Both the position numbers and the translations under genes were made by a program. A DNA stretch of 64,000 nucleotides from Diplonema japonicum (taxonomy: Eukaryota; Protista; Euglenozoa: Diplonemea): the NCBI GenBank assembly GCA_964019335.1, contig OZ025672.1:62001-126000 (forward strand). The letters run 5' to 3'. Below, one piece after another: positions 57,878 to 64,000 of this stretch; position 1 is the stretch's first letter, and every line of letters starts with the position of its first letter. The notes beneath the pieces were generated by a model that worked only from the letters and a program-made list of their open reading frames with translations, was not told where the DNA came from and made no database searches.

Positions 57878-59251
57878 TTACAGCGTCCTCCGGCGGAGGT
57901 CAGCTGCCGGGTCCATGAGGATGGCAGGCAGTGAGGTGAGTGGGTCGATTTTCGAGCGGGAGATGGGCATGTTAGAAGAACTCCACGCCGGTTGTTTTGC
58001 AGTGCTTCTTGCAGAGGTCAGTTCCGCGGGGGCGGGGTTGATCGGGCCGTCGAGCAATGCGGCTTTCGTGATCTCCTGGATCTTCGCGTCACGTTCAGAG
58101 CGGGAAGGGTCCTTATCCCTGACAGGGCGTTTGACGGGTAAACGTGCAGGGTGGTTGAGCGTGCGTGGCTGAAGGGGGTCTTTGTGGAGCCTTCCGGTAG
58201 CCATGCAGTAGGGAGACGATGAAATGTCCTTTTTGCAATCGCTGCAGATTAACTTTTCACTGGGGAAGACATGCTTCGGGACGTCGTGAAGTGTGCCGCT
58301 GATGGGGCAGAAGGGTAGACGGTCGCCGTTGACGACAGTGAGCTCAACATGGCAAGCGGGGCATGTCTTGGCACGTTGAGTGGTCTGCTCCCATGGGCTT
58401 GCCATATCGAGGCGGTGTGCTACACCAGCAATGATGGAGTCGATGTCATCGTTGATGTCTATGTCGCCCCACACCACCTTCGAAAGGGGCGCCGCGTCGG
58501 GGGCTGCAAGCTCGGCCAGAGGAGCTTGATGGCGAGGAGGCTGTCGTTCGGCTTTTGAAATCCGTCCTGCAGGAAGCAATTCTTCACCGTCCACAAAACC
58601 CTTAACCTCCTCAATGACACACTCTACAATAAGGTCGTTCCCCTGCGGGGACGGTACCCCCGTGTCTGTTATCAGGTCCTTCCCGTACCGCGACGTCCAG
58701 AACACGTTGAAAATATTGATGAATCGAACACCCTCGTCGTCCTGTCTTACAACATCAACCACTCCCTTCCCAGCACTCCCTATTGCCATGATTGCTTGGT
58801 TTAGATAGTCTTCATGGTCTAAATTAACTGGTGGTGTGGGTATGACGATCACCTTGCTGCCCAGTCGCCTCATGCCCTTTACTACCCTTTCCAGTTCCAT
58901 GCAATAGGTAGGGAAAGGGGTGGACTCCAGAGCTTCGTCGAGGCCGGTGTGGATGATGGTGAGCTTTATGTTGTTTTGTGAGTAGTCTTGCGGGTTAATT
59001 TGGGATGTGATGGCGCCCCCAAGCCATGTTATTAGGTCGTACTTTGTGCCGTATATGCTCTGCAGAGTGCAGCACCACCCTTTGTCCTCCGGCTCCAGAG
59101 CGGTTTGAACAGCCTTACCTCCTATTATTAGTATCTTGCCTTTTGCCGCTGTATTGCTGTTGTTGTCTTCCTTCGGTAGCACTGTTGCAATATCCGAGAG
59201 CAGTTCTTTCATAGATAGAGGCATGTCGCTAAGTTCATCTTCTGTAAACAT
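57878..59251 (-). CDS. Degenerate SGNH(IAH1)-like domain plus two CxxC..C..G..H zinc motifs
   Basis: KILIIGG, GW, VIVIPTPPV, FINIF, LITDTGVPSPQGN; CPAC..FCPISGTLH and CSDC..YCMATGRLH. Confidence 0.7.
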   Translation of the reverse strand: MFTEDELSDMPLSMKELLSDIATVLPKEDNNSNTAAKGKILIIGGKAVQTALEPEDKGWCCTLQSIYGTKYDLITWLGGAITSQINPQDYSQNNIKLTIIHTGLDEALESTPFPTYCMELERVVKGMRRLGSKVIVIPTPPVNLDHEDYLNQAIMAIGSAGKGVVDVVRQDDEGVRFINIFNVFWTSRYGKDLITDTGVPSPQGNDLIVECVIEEVKGFVDGEELLPAGRISKAERQPPRHQAPLAELAAPDAAPLSKVVWGDIDINDDIDSIIAGVAHRLDMASPWEQTTQRAKTCPACHVELTVVNGDRLPFCPISGTLHDVPKHVFPSEKLICSDCKKDISSSPYCMATGRLHKDPLQPRTLNHPARLPVKRPVRDKDPSRSERDAKIQEITKAALLDGPINPAPAELTSARSTAKQPAWSSSNMPISRSKIDPLTSLPAILMDPAADLRRRTL

Positions 59252-59369
59252 TTTTTTTTTTTTTTTTTTTTTGCCTTAACCCCTTTACTCTGTTAATTTG
59301 CCGAGATGTGAGGCACCCATTTAGAAGAGAAAGAGAGAAGGGAAAAAAAAAAAAAAAAAAAAAAAAAAA

Positions 59370-59985
59370 CTTTTAAGGTATGCGTTTTTGCGCTCACCGG
59401 CCGAGCTGCGCTTAGTCCCCGTTGTCCCCGTTCTGGGTTCTGGCGGGTTCCTACTGCGGTGGTCAAACTGCGGGGCAGCCTTGTCGGTGTCTGCGACAGG
59501 TACCTGTCCCGCAAGCCTTCGATGCTGCTCATGGTTCGTTCCGGGAGTACTGGCCTCCTGTCATTCCCGTGTGTGGTCGGTCCTCCGATACAGCGTAGGG
59601 AGTTGACGCGCTCCACTCGCGCCGCTGGGAACGCTACCCCTCTGCCATCAGCGTGGTACTGGTCCTGGACTCGTCTCAGCACATACTGTAGCCTCCTTGC
59701 CTTGTCGCCCAGGTCCTCCACTTCCCCGCCGTCGTCCAGCGGCAGCTCCATCTCCCTCTCGAAGTCGAGGGCCAGCTCTAACGTCGTCACCGCCGTGTGC
59801 CGACCAGGCGCGTCATCCCACAGCAGGCCTCCCAACCACCTCAGCACCGGCCTCAGCAGCTTGTCCATCACTGTTCCTGACGCTCCCAGCCTTCGTAGCT
59901 CAGACACCGTCGGCGTCGGGTGCGCCCTCCCCGTCACGACCGCCCGCCACGGGTAAGCTTGTGTCTGCAGTGCGCGGTTCGCATT
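59370..59985 (-). mobile_element. Probable non-LTR retroelement 3' remnant
   Basis: GC-rich island between homopolymer tracts; LRWLGGLLW...TTLELALDFE...SLRCIGGP...RRP resembles C-terminal regions of protist LINE ORFs (recalled similarity, not searched). Confidence 0.55.
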
Positions 59986-60097
59986 AAAAAAAAAAAAATA
60001 GATCTTATCAAAAAAAAAAAATAGATCTTCTTTCTTCCGTCCCTTCTACTTCTTTGTTTTCTTTTTTGTCCTGTGATGCCGGGATATGAGAGGCTAG

Positions 60098-60137
<40 letters not shown>

Positions 60138-60685
60138 CAATGGAATAAAAATGTAAAGAAAAAAAAATAAGTGTTTTGAAAAGGGAAGAAGGGAGGGGGT
60201 GCATAGGGTTTTAGTTTACGCAGATAATCGCGAGAATTGCAGCATCATACAGCATATACCTTGTTAACCCGACGAGGTGCCCCGCCCCTCCCTCCTCTTC
60301 TTCTCCCCTCCCACCTAATGTTATGTGCTGAGGTTCCGTGCCATCCGTCACATTTTCGAAATACAGAATATTTTGTTTTTCTTTTCTAACGTGCTTTTCT
60401 TCTTTTAAAAAAAAGAAGAAAAAAACAAAAAAACAACACCGTATCTCTTTTTTTTTTTTAAAATACTTCATTTTCATATTTCTACCGTTCGATACGGCGG
60501 GGCAACGGCTTTTCCCCCCCACCCCCTTTTTTTTCCCCCTCTTCTTGCATTCCCTTGCGAGAAGGGGGGGGAAATAACACACAACAAAAAAAATTAAATA
60601 AAAAAGAAAATACGGCCATCTTCACCCGTGGGGGGGGGGGGGGGGAACTCTAAAAAAAAGGGGGAGGGGGGAGGGAGAGACTCAC

Positions 60686-61200
60686 TCAAACCATGTCAGC
60701 CTCTGCAGAAAGCGGCCGCAGAACAACGGTTGTGTCTTCCTGATCGTTCTGCTTGAGGATATCTTTGAACGCGCTGTCAGCCACCGCCTCGGAATTATCT
60801 TCAGCGCCGGGTGCCGCCACGTTCATGACGATGGCTACAGGGGGTGCTATTGCGTCAGGGGGACGGGCGAAAGGTCGAATAATAGCCCAAGGCGTCTCTT
60901 CAGGTATGTTGCGTGCACGGGCCAAGCAGCAGAGCAAGTTAGCAGAATAAGGAGCCCGTTCCCGCTTGTCCTTTTCATTAAGAGAAACAAGATGTGCCAT
61001 CTGTTGGGTAAAAGAGTATTACATGTTAACAAACAAATACCTCCCAACACGCTTTAAACTTACACTCCAATGTAGTCAAAACCCCCAGCAGGCACGCCGT
61101 AGGTTGAACAGCAACCTTAGGCGTGAACACGATAGTTTCCCCTTCATAATATTTCTGCGGGGAGGGCGCGACGATCACGAAATCCGCTTCAAATTGCTCA

Positions 61201-61234
<34 letters not shown>

Positions 61235-61754
61235 CCCCAAAGCCCATACCACTTTATTTGTAACAGGTAGGTGGAGGGTGTGTCTCGGGCACACTCTCCA
61301 AGGGACGCACATTTGGTTGTCTTCTGTTCCAAGTTTTGCCATTTCCGCGACCTTGTGGCGCACTTCTTCCTGTAATTGGATACAGGGGTGTTGTTACACT
61401 AGCGAAACATACTATTGGTGCGTCGTCCCATCTGCCTCTGTCTGCTGCTGTTTGTGTCATACCCAGATAGATATTTTCTCTTGTAGGAGGTTGGCACCCG
61501 CATGTTTCAGGGACCGGGGTTAAAATGTCTGATATGCTTTCCAGAGCGGCGGTGAGGGATTCTTGATTGGCTTGGGCCTGGCTTTCTTTTTCGTATGGCT
61601 TAGCCCAGCTCGGTCCTTGTGCCCACCCGGATGAGGGGGCCATCATGCCCCCCCGGCCTCTTCCCGCTCCTGCAATCCGCCCGCCGGAATTACCAAATGA
61701 ACGGGCTTCTTGTTGTCGTGACTGCTCGTTTCCTATGGTCACATCCTCCATCAT
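60686..61754 (-). pseudogene. Frameshifted decayed ORF, possibly retroelement ORF1-like
   Basis: Four consecutive minus-strand ORF fragments in shifting frames, one junction interrupted by a 31-nt homopolymer (61204-61234). Confidence 0.45.
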
Positions 61755-61761
61755 GGTGCCT

Positions 61762-61804
<43 letters not shown>

Positions 61805-62073
61805 ATTATTATACCTCGCAATTCGCCGCCAGCTTCGCGAATGCTGTGCATAGTCCATCCATTGTCTTTTTCCAAAGTGGGCCCCTCCCCCTCCCCCCTT
61901 TTGGTTTTTTCCTTCTTTTTCCTCTTCCCTTTCTTCCTTCCCACTCCTGTTATGTGGTATGTATTCATTGTGTGCTGAATGAAAAAAGTTGGGGGGGTAA
62001 CTTGCTGGTTTGCTATGTTGTAAAGGGGTTTAATTGTTTTCTTTCTTTCTCGGTATACAATAGCTGTACTTGA

Positions 62074-62100
62074 AGAGAGAGAGAGAGAGAGAGAGAGAGA
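62074..62100. repeat. (GA)n microsatellite
   Basis: Perfect GA dinucleotide run. Confidence 0.9.
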
Positions 62101-62583
62101 AAACAGGTTTTTATTATAGGGGAAGTAGGCGGTATTACAGCTGATTACAATCTTCGGCTAGGAAATCGTTCATCTTTTTCAATACTCTTCCGTCCTCTGC
62201 CTTTTAGAAAAAAGGTCGAGAGTTCCAGTGTGTTTTTGCTTGCGATTTACTCGACTACAAAAGGTGCTTGGACCGATGCACTTTACACTTGCATCAGGTC
62301 ACCAGCCAAGCGCCCTTTGTAAAATCAAGATTCTGCCGTAAATTATGAAAGTTTGACAAAATGTAAGACTAAGAACAATGGCACAGGGGGGGTGAGGGGT
62401 GAGGGTATGCCTCTTTTCAATCAGAGAAAGCTTTTAATACTTCTTCTTTTATCGTTTCCTTTTTTTTCTCTTTTCTTTCTCGTTTCTTTCCTACTTGCGT
62501 CCCCTGGTACTTAAATGCGTGCAATGTGATCGTAAAGAGAAAGGAAGTTTGATTGGTAGTACATCGCTAGTGTCATGAGTTGG

Positions 62584-64000
62584 CTACTCGAAGGACTTGG
62601 CCCGCTGTGCAAGAATAATAGCGGCCACACAACGGAAAAAGATGAAGATGCCCACCATGATGAGGGTGTAGATCCACCAGTCGTCACGGTTGATGTTCGA
62701 GTTCTCAATAAGCTGTGCTGTCTCAGTGGCCGCAAACGTGTTGTTGCCAGGGATGTTCTTGTCTGCGAACTCAACAATCGACACCAATGCCACGCTGTAC
62801 TTCAAGGGGCACACCCACTGAAGCCACCTCATGAACACAGGGATGGAATCAGAAGAGATGAAGAAGCCTGCGAACAAGATCTGCGGGACATAGATGGCGG
62901 GTACAAGGTTCACAGCTGTCTCCGCCCTCGTCGTCGAGGCCCCCAACAGTAGCGCAGTCGAGGCCGACACAGAAGCCAGAAGGGTCAATGACAGAACAAT
63001 CAGAATGAAGTTCCCCTGAAGGTCCACCATGAAGTAAACCAGCACTGTTCCGAGAAGCTGCTGAACGAAACCAGCAGGAACATCGATGCAAGTCTTCGCA
63101 AGGAAGTAGGCGGCTGTCCCGTACGTCCCAACAGTGTACTCCCTGATGAACACAGCACGCTCAATGGGGAACACGAGAAGCATGGGTTGTGCCGACAAGA
63201 ACATAGCATTGATCGAGAAGAACACAAGAGCACCCCAATGGTTGTTCACATCCTTCGCCACCTCGTCACCAGTCACAGCATTGCCCCACTCATCACCAGC
63301 ACCAAGGAAGATGAGACCAATGAGGAGGGCGAGGATGATGCCCATCCCAAACCTAGCCATGAGGGTCATCTTGTCTCTGGTGAACTGGTGGAACTCCCTC
63401 CTCAGAAGGTGTGCGAACTGTGTGTAGAAGGGTGCCGCCTTGAAGTCCCACATCCCACCTGCACTGTTCATCCCATCGATCTCACTCCCCAACTTCATGG
63501 GTGTCACTGCAGCAATGAGGGGTTCGATCTCCTCATCACTGAGTGTTTGAAGCTTCTGCATCGCAAAGTCAGCAGGGTTGTAGTTGGGCTTGCAGTGGTG
63601 GCCCTGAGCGGCGAAGTGTTCTAAAATACCACCCACGGCACCATTGTACACAATCTGACCGAGCCTCAGGAACATCACACGGTGGAAGAGGTCGAACACC
63701 TCACTCGAAGGCTGATGGATCGTGCACACAATGGTGCATCCTTGCTCAGCAAGACCTTTCAAAACCTTGATCAGCTCAAAGGCATTGTGGGAGTCCAGCC
63801 CACTGGTTGGCTCATCAAGGAAGATGAGGGAGGGAGAGGAGATGAGCTCCACAGCAACAGCAGCCCTCTTCATCTCACCACCAGAAAGCCCAGGCATCAT
63901 CACAGAACCAATCATCGTGTCAGCACACCTCTGAAGACCGAGGGCATTGATCGCACCTTCCACCAGCTTCTCCCTCTCCTCGTCAGAACTGTCAGGAATC
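62584..64000 (-). CDS. ABCG (White-like) transporter, 5'-partial
   Basis: GLSGGEMKR signature, IFLDEPTSGLD Walker B, TIHQPS, then ABC2 membrane domain (ERAVFIRE, LFAGFFI). Frame stays open to the window end. Confidence 0.95.
   Translation of the reverse strand, partial: IPDSSDEEREKLVEGAINALGLQRCADTMIGSVMMPGLSGGEMKRAAVAVELISSPSLIFLDEPTSGLDSHNAFELIKVLKGLAEQGCTIVCTIHQPSSEVFDLFHRVMFLRLGQIVYNGAVGGILEHFAAQGHHCKPNYNPADFAMQKLQTLSDEEIEPLIAAVTPMKLGSEIDGMNSAGGMWDFKAAPFYTQFAHLLRREFHQFTRDKMTLMARFGMGIILALLIGLIFLGAGDEWGNAVTGDEVAKDVNNHWGALVFFSINAMFLSAQPMLLVFPIERAVFIREYTVGTYGTAAYFLAKTCIDVPAGFVQQLLGTVLVYFMVDLQGNFILIVLSLTLLASVSASTALLLGASTTRAETAVNLVPAIYVPQILFAGFFISSDSIPVFMRWLQWVCPLKYSVALVSIVEFADKNIPGNNTFAATETAQLIENSNINRDDWWIYTLIMVGIFIFFRCVAAIILAQRAKSFE

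Noticed and set aside
206-63934. All plus-strand ORFs in the track
   Set aside because: They are antisense shadows of minus-strand genes or low-complexity spacer; none shows a recognisable domain.

Overview
Eukaryotic genomic DNA, most consistent with a euglenozoan protist (diplonemid-like; inference). All ~30 credible genes lie on the minus strand in one directional cluster. Many spacers are only 30-110 nt, and short AG-terminated leaders suggest SL trans-splicing. Sparse, tiny GT-AG introns (30-88 nt) join several ORF-track fragments into single genes. The centrepiece is a 15.5-kb intronless RNF213/mysterin-like AAA+ ATPase with an RZ finger, no recognisable RING, an NHL beta-propeller in its N-terminal arm and two inserted modules. 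Other recognisable genes: GT34-like glycosyltransferase, Ubl-ankyrin, FCP1-like phosphatase (BRCT plus PDZ-like tail), Ubl-LRR, two related mono-CXXC proteins, a propeller/EF-hand protein, GOS1 SNARE, an acylated EF-hand/WD40 protein, folate-receptor-like protein, FAD/NADPH reductase, SFT2-like protein and a partial ABCG transporter. Two homopolymer-rich zones (~19.0-20.7 kb and ~59.3-62.5 kb) contain probable decayed non-LTR retroelement fragments. No rRNA, tRNA or CRISPR array was recognised. All domain calls are by-eye motif recognition, not database searches.
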